This document shows positions 47,301-57,529 of a DNA stretch of 64,000 nt, one piece after another. This stretch comes from Phyllobates terribilis (taxonomy: Eukaryota). Positions within the stretch are counted from its first letter, which is position 1; every line of letters starts with the position of its first letter. Location: the NCBI RefSeq assembly GCF_046119375.1, contig NW_027362773.1:113646001-113710000 (forward strand), given 5' to 3'. A program made the translations under genes and the position numbers. The notes beneath the pieces are model-generated. The model saw only the letters and a program-made list of their open reading frames with translations. It did not search any database and was not told the origin of the DNA.

Positions 47301-48999
47301 CTTAATGGAAAGTTTGAGACCCCCAGTTGGTTGGAGCGCGTCGTGATAATTGGAGCTACGAAGCCAAACAGCATAACCCTACATCAGCCAGGTGAGCGCC
47401 TATCTGTAGGAAACGATTCCTTTAGAATTATATATAACTTATTTTTCTGTTCTCTCTGTATAGACAGTACAGCAAGGTGTGTACGGTGCTTTATGATAGC
47501 TGCATTGAATAGGAAGTAATGGACAAAACAATGTATTTAGGATTAGAGGGTATGATCCCACCGGCTTTATACAGCAGATTGGCATTGTGAATGAGATTTA
47601 AAGGGGTATTTCTCTATCGCTTCATTGGGGGGGACACAGGTAACCATGGGGTTCCCCAGGATCAGCCAGACAGGAATCAGTAAGGAAGAAGAATCTTTAT
47701 TAAGGAGAGCTTTTTATTGATGACAGAGGAATCCTATTATAAGGTGGAGTTTTTTATTAATACCATCCCCGTCATCAAACTTCCCCATGGTTACCTATTT
47801 AACACCCCCCCCCCCACCCCACCCCCGCCTCCCAATGATGCAATAGAGATTTTGATTTTATGGTGAGTAGCTAAAATCCTCCATTCCATCTTTTGTACAT
47901 TTATGGTATACGCTACAGGATAAACTAAGCCACAGATCTACTAATCACGTCTCCCCGGTATGACTGACATCCTTCATAAAATCCCCATTATGGTAGGACT
48001 GATGTGAAGGTTGTCAGTCACACCCAGGGAGGCGTGATTAGAAGATCTGAGGCTATGCTAGCTGGGGAAAGATGTGCCCCACTAGTCTAGTCCTGCCTCG
48101 TTAATCCTGCAGCGTCTCGTATGCTAAATTTCATTTGTCAAACATCGTTGCATTTGATAAGGCCTATAAGACACCTTATGCATACAGCTATAAGAGTAGC
48201 TGGGAAAAGTCAAAGAACTGGACAGGTTCCCTTTAAAGAAGTTGTCCACTACTTTTACATTGATGGCTTATCCTTAGGATAGGTCATCAATGTCTGATCG
48301 GCTGACACCCTTGCTGATCAGCTGTCATCGGTGGCGGCCGCTGTCCGCAAGTACTCACTTACCGAGCTGCTCCATCTACTTATAGTGGCCGCTGCAGGGT
48401 ACTGCATATCTGCCTCCTATTCAAATCAATAGGGAGGCGGATGTGCAGTACGCTGCAGCGGCCACTACAAGTAGATGGAGCAACTCCGCAAGTGAATATT
48501 TCCGGCTGACGATAACAGCTGATTGGCCGGGGTCCGACACCCCCGCTAATCAGACATTGATGACCTATCCTGAGGACAGATAATGTAAAAGTACTTGTCA
48601 ACCTCTTTAATGATAGTGATGCTTTTGATGACTGTCTACATTGCAAATCTGAAAGTGAGCAACAGGAAATCATAACTTTTTATGAATATTGAAATGTGAA
48701 ATATTGGAATATTTTAAAATTTTTGGTTGAATAGTGACAAAATGTATCTTGTATAATTAAATGTGGCTTTGAGGGAAACCTATTCCTATTGCGGGGTTAT
48801 ATGGCAAAGCCGCCATTGTGGAGTATGCAACCCCGCGGTTTCTGCAGCCGGAACACTTACTCATTTATTAACCTTCTTTTTTTCCGTAGGCGGCTCAGAA
48901 GTGCAGCTGGAATTTGACTACGATGCCCAAACTTCTGTGATAACTGTGCGAAAACCAGGCGTCAACATCGCTTCAGATTTTACAATGTCTCTTCGATAA
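23301..48999 (+). CDS. GANAB: Neutral alpha-glucosidase AB (glucosidase II alpha, GH31); 25 coding exons, 955 aa (933 aa without cassette exon 6)
   Basis: All 25 exons have GT-AG boundaries and matching phases; total 2868 nt = 956 codons. Signal peptide, [11 protein letters not shown]31 nucleophile motif WNDMNE (43667-43684) and acid/base motif WTGDN are present. Lies directly downstream of INTS5 in the same orientation, as recalled for human 11q12.3. Confidence 0.97.
23540..25322. repeat. Minisatellite, 44-bp unit gatcaccacccccagcatccgccctctactgtgtgataggaatg, GANAB intron 1
   Basis: Tandem units directly visible (period 24501 to 24545). Confidence 0.97.
26600..28340. repeat. C-rich minisatellite, about 40-bp unit gcagctcccgttctgacccttcaccccccctccttcccct, GANAB intron 1
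   Basis: Tandem units directly visible. Confidence 0.97.
28437..28535 (+). CDS. GANAB: GANAB exon 2
   Basis: [32 protein letters not shown]. Confidence 0.95.
30169..30277 (+). CDS. GANAB: GANAB exon 3
   Basis: [23 protein letters not shown]. Confidence 0.95.
30748..30875 (+). CDS. GANAB: GANAB exon 4
   Basis: [30 protein letters not shown]. Confidence 0.95.
30955..31134 (+). CDS. GANAB: GANAB exon 5
   Basis: [37 protein letters not shown]. Confidence 0.93.
31324..31389 (+). CDS. GANAB: GANAB exon 6 (66-nt phase 2-2 cassette exon)
   Basis: cctccccAG|TCTCTCG..TTCTCTAG|gtaatc; [21 protein letters not shown]. Confidence 0.85.
33059..33146 (+). CDS. GANAB: GANAB exon 7 (acidic)
   Basis: [29 protein letters not shown]; phase 2 in, phase 0 out. 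Confidence 0.85.
33536..33602 (+). CDS. GANAB: GANAB exon 8
   Basis: [22 protein letters not shown]. Confidence 0.95.
35143..35239 (+). CDS. GANAB: GANAB exon 9
   Basis: [24 protein letters not shown]. Confidence 0.95.
35507..35687 (+). CDS. GANAB: GANAB exon 10
   Basis: [28 protein letters not shown]. Confidence 0.95.
35769..35922 (+). CDS. GANAB: GANAB exon 11
   Basis: [28 protein letters not shown]. Confidence 0.95.
36945..38570 (-). mobile_element. 5'-truncated L1/Tx1-clade LINE (ORF2 C-terminal region), antisense in GANAB intron 11
   Basis: Minus-strand remnants HGLWSCT..YW..V and [13 protein letters not shown] resemble L1 ORF2 C-termini; T-rich tract at 36945-36961 corresponds to the poly(A) tail. 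Confidence 0.7.
38840..39075 (+). CDS. GANAB: GANAB exon 12
   Basis: [38 protein letters not shown]. Confidence 0.96.
39878..40004 (+). CDS. GANAB: GANAB exon 13
   Basis: [17 protein letters not shown]. Confidence 0.96.
40368..43298 (+). mobile_element. L2/CR1-group LINE, 5'-truncated ORF2 (APE endonuclease + RT) with frameshifts, sense in GANAB intron 13
   Basis: Endonuclease motifs VYRPP, MGDFN, GNTLDL, SDH; RT motifs [10 protein letters not shown] and YADDTQLY; 3' end gcgctataaaaataaac(att)n. Confidence 0.92.
43493..43572 (+). CDS. GANAB: GANAB exon 14
   Basis: [16 protein letters not shown]. Confidence 0.96.
43643..43786 (+). CDS. GANAB: GANAB exon 15 (catalytic nucleophile)
   Basis: [26 protein letters not shown]. 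Confidence 0.97.
43860..43956 (+). CDS. GANAB: GANAB exon 16
   Basis: [24 protein letters not shown]. Confidence 0.96.
44040..44141 (+). CDS. GANAB: GANAB exon 17 (acid/base catalyst)
   Basis: [24 protein letters not shown]. Confidence 0.96.
44419..44662 (+). CDS. GANAB: GANAB exon 18
   Basis: [35 protein letters not shown]. Confidence 0.96.
44980..45044 (+). CDS. GANAB: GANAB exon 19
   Basis: [16 protein letters not shown]. Confidence 0.95.
45539..45615 (+). CDS. GANAB: GANAB exon 20
   Basis: [18 protein letters not shown]. Confidence 0.95.
45696..45770 (+). CDS. GANAB: GANAB exon 21
   Basis: [16 protein letters not shown]. Confidence 0.95.
46824..46937 (+). CDS. GANAB: GANAB exon 22
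   Basis: [32 protein letters not shown]. Confidence 0.96.
47077..47186 (+). CDS. GANAB: GANAB exon 23
   Basis: [17 protein letters not shown]. Confidence 0.96.
47291..47391 (+). CDS. GANAB: GANAB exon 24
   Basis: [21 protein letters not shown]. Confidence 0.95.
48233..48610. mobile_element. T2/Kolobok-type MITE, GANAB intron 24
   Basis: Similar to 7311-7706; TTAA flanks. Confidence 0.75.
48890..48999 (+). CDS. GANAB: GANAB exon 25 (terminal coding part)
   Basis: [27 protein letters not shown]-stop; candidate AATAAA signals downstream at 49148, 49463 and about 49765. Confidence 0.95.
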
Positions 49000-50459
49000 C
49001 ACCACTGACTTACCAAGTCTTTAGGGAAATGGTGGGGGGAGGGAAGAAGGGGCAGGTTATACCCTCACATGGGGCAGGCGATTTCCCCCACATGAGGGAT
49101 GTTGTAAGGTGGATTTTTTTTTTTTCTTCCCATGGACCAAATGTGAGAATAAAGAGATCAGGGAACGTGTGAAAGCTCTGAGTGTGTGTGAATGTCTGAC
49201 CATGTTTGCGGGTCCTGCCCTGCTGCACTTACTGTGTGTGTGTTTGTGTGTATACGGATCATGCACTGTCACAATTAACAGTAAGAAACTGGATCACTTC
49301 TTCTCAGATTTGAGACAATTTACTTTCCTTTTATCTGCCTTACAACACCCCCCCAATGTGCACATCTTGGTGTGGGAGGAGGGGTGACAAGATCTCCACG
49401 TGATACATAAGATGACTAGTAAATAATTCTCAGGGCTGCAGCCATTGTTCGGATCATGAATTAATAAAAAGTGACACATTTCGACAGATAACACCCACTT
49501 GCCCTTTCTTTCCCACCCTTTTTTTTTTTTTTTTTCCCCTGCGCTTGTACCTGAGGAGGTGCAAAGATTAGCCCACTAATGTGACACCCTGTTTAGCTAC
49601 GATTGGGGAGGCTCCTCTCTACATCCCTCCCTTATTTTTCAGTCTCCTAGTGACCACATAAGAAAGATAACAACCTGTCAAGGATTTTTTATTTTTTTTT
49701 ATTTTTTATTTTTTTGTGGAAGTGGATCCATGTCTCGGTCGGAAAATGTTTTGATAAAATGAGAAATAAAAATATAAAGAAATTTTGTTTTATGTGTTTG
49801 TAATAAGACATAATGTTGGGCAAATATTATATATACAGATCATTTAGATAAGAAATACAAAATAAACAAAAGACCTTCCAATATACATTTACACTTAAAG
49901 GGGTTGTCCACTACTCGGAAAACCCCTCCCCCAACAATTATTGTTCCCCCATGTTTTAACTAATGGCAGCCATTCTCCCCTCCGGTGCGGGAGCCATTCC
50001 AGCGATGTTGGCACCTCCTCTCCCGGGGATTGTGTGACATCGTTTGGCTGCAGGGCTCACCTGGCACAACACTATCCCAGGAGAGCAGCCACCCGTACCC
50101 AAGGTGAGTACAGCTTCAATTATTTTACATTGGGGAACTATGGTTGAGAAAGGGTTGTCCAAGTAATGTACAACCTCTTTAAACCATCTGCTTAACAACA
50201 TAAAGGCTTCCCCTTTGCAAGGTGGGAACTTCAGTCCAGCTCTGATGCTCAAATACCCATTGTAGCCGATTTTAGTGGTGGACGAGGGGTCAGCATGAGC
50301 AATCGGACTGGTGTGTGGCTTTACAGTAAGCTGCAATACACTTAGACCTCTTTTCCACAGCAGGCATTCACTATTTCAGCCATTTGTGCTTCTGTGGGAT
50401 CAGACCAGATGAGGCAGCCACGTAACATCGGTGACGCTTGGGCGCTAGTGAATCTCAGT

Positions 50460-51060
50460 CTATCATCCTGCACGTGCCCTCCATTCCACAAATGACCGAA
50501 AACTAACATCCCCCATAATCCGAACCTCGCACCTCCGTCTCCAAGACTTTTCTCGTGCTACGCCAGTTCTCTGGAATGCTCTACCCCAGACAATCCGATT
50601 GATGCCTAGCCCCGATGTCTTCAAGCGCGCTTTAAAAACCCATCTCTTTAAACAAGCCTACCACCTCAAATACCCAGTAAACTAACTTTTCCCCGTTCCC
50701 TCCTAAATACTATTCAGAATCTGCCCCCTACTGTTCATCTGTTTCTACACACTCCATGCACACGATAATTGCACTCGGTAATTGACTATTGCACTTGAAC
50801 ATACAGGCTGATGACCGGATCATACAGCTTTATATGATAATCCCGACTTATTATAATTGCCTGACCTGAAATAACAAGCACTTTCCACCTATTGTGTCCC
50901 CCCATTTCTGTAGAATGTAAGCTTGCGAGCAGGGACCTCACTCCTGATGTAACTGTTTAAACTGTCTCACCTTGTATTGAATTTATTGTCTGTACATGTC
51001 CCCGCTTAATTGTAAAGTGCTGCGGAATATGTTGGCGCTATATAAATAAAAATTATTATT
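50460..51060 (+). mobile_element. L2-family LINE 3' fragment related to 40368-43298
   Basis: Shares 3' sequence including tgtaaagtgctgcggaatatgttggcgcta and an (att)n tail. Confidence 0.85.
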
Positions 51061-54000
51061 ATAGTTAGGCCTCTAAGAACTACGTTGAGATCCCAAGGTG
51101 GAACTATTTTAGCTCTTGTTGGATTAATCCGAGAAGCAGCTATCATGAACCTCTTAATCCATCTGTTTTGGGCCAAATCAGCATCAAAATAGGAACTTAA
51201 AGCCGAGACTTGGACCTTCAGCGTGCTTGGTCTTAATCCTTTAGGCAGACCGTTCTGTAGGAAGTCCAAGATTCTGGCCACGTCAGGCCGAAAGGGATCT
51301 AATGGACGAGGCTCATACCACATCTTGAAAGCTTTCTAGATTTTTCCATAGATGGAATTTGTGACTGGTTTTCTGCTTTTCTGCAGTGTATGTGACTCGC
51401 CCCCAGTGGTGTCGCGGGGCACCCGGCAGCCGGGCCTAAGACTGCCTGCGGGGATCATCGCGTTGACTGGCCCAGGGCGGTCAGTGCCAAAAGGGATTAT
51501 TTGTAGGGAATTTGTCGTGACGCCACCTGTGGTGTCTGGTGAGGATCACCAGCGCTGCAACAGTCCTCTGAGGCAGATGTCAGGGCAGCTTGAGATGGAA
51601 CGGCTCCCCACAGGTGGAGCAGGCCTCAGGGGAGTATAAATGATGCAAGTTGCGCTGAGCTTTGTGGTGCAGGGAAAGCGATGGCACAACAGGAGTAACG
51701 GACAGAGACGGGATTTGCTTCATTACCTTTACTGATACAGCTGTTAGGTATGGTCCAGGGTACTCCAGATGAAGGGCGCACTTTTGGACTTCTCCCCAGG
51801 GAGCGGGTATAGGGCCTCCTGATCCGTGTCTGTCTCTATGTATGCTCCTGGCCAGCCTGCTACTGGGCCTAGCTTATGTGTCCTGCTTTTACTTCACCTG
51901 ATGCTCAGAAATAGGACCTCTGGTTGGTAACCACTTTCCCTACACGTCGGGGCCTTCGTGGTTCCTGATTTTCAGAGGGCGGTCTCAGAAGCCAAGCTAC
52001 TAGAGCCAAATTCTGAGGGGCCGGATGAAAAATCTGGCCCTAATGCAGAAGATCGTGGATTCGAGGAAGCATCAATGGATCCTCCATTCTTAGACTGCTC
52101 AATGTTCCGAACCATGCTCTTTTTGGCCACATTTTAGCTATTAGGATAGTCTTGACCCCTTCCGACCTGATTTTTTTGTAAAGTCCTTGGTATTAACAGA
52201 ATCGGGAAAAGCATAAGCGAGCCCAACTTTCCAAGGGTGAGCGAATGCATCTATCCCTGTTGCTGAATCCTTGGGGTTCAAAGAGAAAAAGGCTCTTACT
52301 TTTGCGTTTTCCTGGTTCGCAAACAGGTCCACATCTGGGTATTCCCACTTTTGAACAATCATCTGAAATATCTTCGAGTTCATACTCCACTCCCCTGGAT
52401 GAATGTCTTTTCTGCTCAGAAGATTTGCATGATAGTTGTCGGAGCACCTCAGATGCAGAGCCGAAAAGGATAGTAGATGATGCTCCGCCCAGTGGAAGAT
52501 CCTTTCGGAGATCATCTGTAACCTCCTGTTTCTTGTACTTCCCTGATGTCTCAAGTGGGCTACAGTTGTCATATTGTCCGAGTAGACTCTGACATGCGAC
52601 CCCTGAAGCACAGAATTGGCTGCCCATATGGTTTCTTCCACCACTTTCATTTCTCAAGTTCTAGGACTGCTCTGCTATTTCTTGCGACCAGACCCCTTGG
52701 AAGGCCACGTGGGAGACTACTGCTCCCCATCCCCTTTTGCTTGCGTCTGTTTTGACGGATAACAAGGGAAGTTGAATCCATGCTGAACCTTTCTCCAGAT
52801 TTCCTGGACAGAGCCACCAATTTAAAGATGCTTTCACCTTCTCTGGCAGATGAATTCTGCTGGAGAGGGAACTTGGAGATCTGTCCCAACAGGAAAGGAT
52901 TTAATTTTGAAGGACCCTTGAATGCGCTTGAGCCCAAGGTACCGCCTGAATAGATGAGGTCATGGACCCGAGGACGGACATGGCGAATCTTAATGACACT
53001 CCGCTCTGGTTCTTTAGTGCATAAACTTTCAACCTCAACTGAATCTGCTTCTCTTTTGGCAGAAAAGAGGCTTGTTGCTGAGAATCCAGGAGAATTCCCA
53101 AGAAGGTCTTCCTGGTGGAAGGAATCAGATCTGACTTTGGGTAGTTTATCAACCATCCCAAGGATTCCAGGATCTGGAGGGTCATCTGAAGGTCTCTTTC
53201 CAAACTTGAAACTGAGGGAACCATCACAAAAAAATTGTCTAAATATGGGACGATGCAGATATTCAGTTTCCTTAGGTAAACCTACTACCTCTGCCATGAT
53301 CTTTGTAAACAGGCGGGGTGCTGACGAAATGCCGAAAGGGAGTACATTGAATTGAAAATGAAGTACCTCTCGGTTCTGAGTTACAGCAAATCTGAGAAAT
53401 TTTCTGTAATCTGGATGAATTGGCACGTGGTAGTAAGCCTCTGGCTGGTCTACTGTTGCCACGACAAATCCTTTTCCAATCAACGGAATCGTGGATTTTA
53501 TAGACTCCATCTTGAACCTTCTGTATTTCACATATTGGTTGAGATGTTTCAGATTGAGGATTATCCTGTAAGAACCTGAGACCTTCCTTAGCAGAAACAC
53601 CCGAGAATAGTGTCCTTCTCCTTGTTCCATGCGAGGCACTGGTGAAATGACTCCCGAGTTTTGAAGCTTCTGAAGACCTAACATTAGGAGCCTGTGTAAT
53701 CTTGTTGATGGTAAAGATGTTACTTCTATCCCTCTTGGAGGGTAGATGGTAAAGTCTATTTCTGCTCCTACCGTCACCATGTCCAGTAACTTCCTGTCTG
53801 AAGATATAAGCTGCCATTGAGGAAGGAAGCTCTCAATTCTGCCTCCTACCTTCTGGGCGTCATTGTCTGTCCTGCCTAGAACCTTGAAAGATATTCCTAC
53901 CCCTTCCCCCTTTTGGGTAACTACAGCGACCAGTTTTACCCTTGCCTCTGTACTGAAATGCTTGCTGCTGTTGTTGTTGAGGGGGAAGAAATGGTCTCTT

Positions 54001-55846
54001 TCTGAAACTTTTTGGATTCTTTGGCTCTGGCAGAGACTTCTTCTTGTCGGATGCTTTCTCCAACAACTCGTCTAGGACCGCCCCAAACATATACTCTCCT
54101 TTAAATGGAATGGAACAAAGCTTAGATTTTGATGCGTTGTCCCCACTCCACATCTTCAACCACAGAGCTCTTCTAGTAGAATTCGATAATGCTGCCGATC
54201 TTGCCGCAATCTTGACCGACTCCGCCAAGGCATCCGCTAGGAATCCAGTGGCCTTCTGCAGAAAAGGAAGAGATGCTAGGAGGTCCTCTTGAGTGGTACC
54301 TTTCCAGAGATGTTCCTCGAGTTGTTGGAGCCAGAGGAGCATGGAACGAGCTACACAAGTTGAAGCGATATTCGTCTTCAGTGAAGCCGCCGATGTTTCC
54401 CATGCCTTCCTTAGAAGGCTGTCCATCTTCCTATCCATAGGATCTTTGAGCTGTGACGAGTCTTCAAAGGGAAGGGTTGTTTTCTTCGCAACCCTTGCCA
54501 CCTGTACATCAACCTTCGGGACTTCCATCCATAGCTTAGCCACCTTTTCATCTAGAGGGAATCTATCCTTCATTTCTCCTGCCATACTAAGCCTTTTCTC
54601 AGGTGACTCCCATTCATCCAAAATAAGACTCTGAATGTTGTCATGCACAGGGAACACTACCTTCTTCTTGGATTTCAGACCTCCAAACATTTCATCCTGA
54701 ACTGTACGGGTTTCCTTCTCCTCTCTCACCTGCGACAACAATTCCTCCATATTCTCAGACGAAAAGTAATATTTCCTATCTTCCTCATGATCTTCACTTA
54801 GGACCCCTTCTTCCGGTTCCTCCATAGACCCTAATTCTGAATCAGAGGTCTCCCTAACCGTATATATTTTCTCCTTTTGGGGGGTGATGGATCTTCAGCT
54901 CTGGCTTGTGAGAAGGAGGCTAGGGAAGATTGTATTTTCTGCCGAACCATTCCCCTGACTTCTTCCATAACCGAAGGTTGTTCATCCTTCACAATGTTGT
55001 CAGTGCATTTCCAGCATAGGGGTTTCTTATGCCCTGAAGCCAGCTTTTTTATACAGATGGCACATTTGCGAACTGTAGTGCTTTCTCCCACTGTCGGTGC
55101 AGGATCCTTGTCTCCCTAAATTAAAAATAAAAAAGGGGAGATTTAAAATATATTTAGGATCCTGCTCAAAAGAGAGTGGGGAATAACCTAGGACCTAGTA
55201 CTTAGTGGGGCCGGGTTAGCGCTGGGCTCTGCAGACGCAGGCTTTGGAACAGCACCCTCCATAGTAGCAGAATATTCTGTCCTACCTTAATCGAGTCTTC
55301 TCATCTGGGTCTTTTATAGGGGAGATCGAGATCCAGCGCGAAATTTTCACCTATTCGGTGAAGGATCCTCATTTTCAGGGCAAACCGCGGCTTCTCCATC
55401 TGAATTTCCCACCGCGGCCCCATGCGTTTCACGGTGGAACGCACCAGAAGTGACGTCCCGCAGGCCAAAAGCCTGACTTCCGGCAAGCCGCCATGGAAGA
55501 CAGAGGAGACTCCGGCCGGGGAGCTACAGGAGGCCCCCAGCCCCTAAAACCCCACTCGGCTTTACCCGCAGGCGAGTGGGGGGGGGGGGGTCCTGCTCTC
55601 AAGGAGACACGGGAGCTGCAAAGGAAGGAAGGTCGGAGGCGATCGCTCAGTGCAGCCCGGCAGGTAAATTTAATAGGGCCCTGCTTGCCGGCCGCAGGCA
55701 CCCCAGGTAACCTCTTCATCCCATAGGGACAGGAAAACACTGGGGATTGTAGCGGGGAGGGGCTATTTAACCTCTTGTTTTCCTGTCCCTAATTAGGATG
55801 GGGAGACTACCTCCAGGTGTGCTGTCGTGGAGGGGATTGGAGAAAA
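51061..55846 (-). mobile_element. DIRS1-type tyrosine-recombinase retrotransposon, copy A (decayed)
   Basis: gag-like ORFs 53860-55091 (CxxC..CxxC, DPMDRK); RT 52650-53780 (YRIILNLKHLN..FKMES, LPFGISSAPRLF); RNase H and methyltransferase-like region 52141-52650 (SDNMT, DLFA, AYAFP); recombinase N-terminal part near 51061-51390 (LRPSTLKVQVSALS); terminus ttttctcc..ccacgacagcac near 55846. Confidence 0.9.
51391..51965 (-). mobile_element. Partial LTR inserted in DIRS copy A, related to LTR 61487-62768
   Basis: Ends ..gagtcaCA on the minus strand at 51391; 51517-51570 resembles the reverse complement of 62545-62600. Right boundary approximate. Confidence 0.55.
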
Positions 55847-56038
55847 TAACATTATACTTACCTTCTGATGGCCCCCGGTCTTTTCTCCACTGCGTCCGGT
55901 CTCTTGTACGGCTCACGGTGGTGTGAAAGGACCGTCCATGACGTCATTTAGTCATGTGACAGGTCACGCGACCGCCGTGACCTGTTGAACATCCGCAACA
56001 AGACCACAGAGAAACAAATCAAGAAACGTCACACTCAC

Positions 56039-56187
56039 CGGAGTGTTGATCAGGTTCAGGAGATACTTCTTTCCCTCGTACGTGTAAAACAGAGACGCAG
56101 TCTGGGCCTTCACCGTAATCCCGCGCTCCCTCTCCACCTGCAGCTTGTCCAGAACTTGCTTATTGGAGGAGGCTTTTGGAATACACC
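56039..56187 (-). pseudogene. GUF1: Isolated GUF1 (mitochondrial EF4/LepA) exon
   Basis: Encodes [36 protein letters not shown]; intact cag acceptor and gtgagt donor; no other GUF1 exon recognised in the window; G3 motif Asp replaced by Asn. Confidence 0.75.
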
Positions 56188-57529
56188 CTGAGGGAAGGAG
56201 CGAGACACCAGAATCCACACGGTTAGCTCGTAGTGGCAGTGTCTCCCTCCATACTAGTCTGTCAATGGTAGCTTGTTTCTGTGTTTTATATATGTATTTT
56301 AGGTGTGTAAACCCTCTTCATGTGTACAGCAGCCTGGAATGAACGCTGCTTAAAAAATAAATAATAGAGTAAGGCCTCATTCAGACTTTCATCCGGTTGT
56401 TTTGCATCCGGGAAGTTCTAAACTTTGATTTGGATCAAAATCCGACCGGTCAACGTGTTTCGGTGAAAAATACGCGGTCCACAGAAATATGTGAACAGCC
56501 CTAGACTATAATAGATATGAGTTCTGTGAAAAAGATTTCATTCTATAAATCTACATAAATTAAGTAACGTGCCAAATTGCTTTTTTTTTGGTTTATGTTT
56601 TGCGTGTACGGAGGGAAAGTTCCCAGTGCTAGTGTCTAGCTCACTGATTTTCCTTCCTTGGTGCCTGACATCCCAAAAAGCTGACTGAGCTATCAATCAA
56701 GATAAAGAGGCTGGTGCTGGGCAGGGAAGCAACCTTGGAAGGCTGAGGCTCGGTTAGTGCTCCGTTACACCCAGAGCACTCAGAAATGCAGCAACAGATA
56801 AAAGATATAGAGGTGTCTATGGATTTAGCTTTCCAAATCCTGCATGGTCATGAATGGGAATTGGAGGGAGGGGTATATCTGATGGATTCCCTTAAATTGT
56901 TAATTGGCAATTGCAGTTCACATAGTTGCATATTACTTAATCATTAGAGCTACAAAAATTTGCACTTCAAGCACCAGTAAAACAGAGGCCAAAAAAGATT
57001 CCTTAGAGGCATCTGGTCACTATTAGTGATGATCGAGCGTGTTCTATCAACCCCTTCGGTGAGCATGCTCGGTTGCTCGCCGAGTATTTTGGCATGCTCG
57101 GCATTTCTTTTAAGGTCGCCGTGCCTGCAAGTGTCACGGCTGTTAGACAGCGTGCTCGCTGAATGGGTTCATAGAACACTCTCGATCATCACTAGTCACT
57201 ATACATTAGTATACAATAAAAAACAACATATTACATAGTGAATAACACAGACACTATTCAATACAGCAGGGTTGAGGTGTACTTTGTGGGACAAAATTAC
57301 AGCATTTTTGAAAGACACCATTCACTTTACTGTGCAACATATAGAAAAAAAAGGGCAATGAATTCCAAATAAAGTGAAATGGTGCAGAAGAAAACGAAAA
57401 CATTTTACTGCTTTTAAAAAATTCTAAACTTTGCAAACAAATTGTTCGGCTTGTGTTTCAATTTTCTAAGACCGTTTTTAATACCATTTTGGGGTACAAC
57501 TTTTTGATTGCTCCATCAAATGAATAGTC

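Noticed and set aside
56039-56187. Functional full-length GUF1 gene spanning the window
   Set aside because: No other GUF1 exon recognised and the G3 Asp is altered; treated as a fragment pending a TBLASTN search
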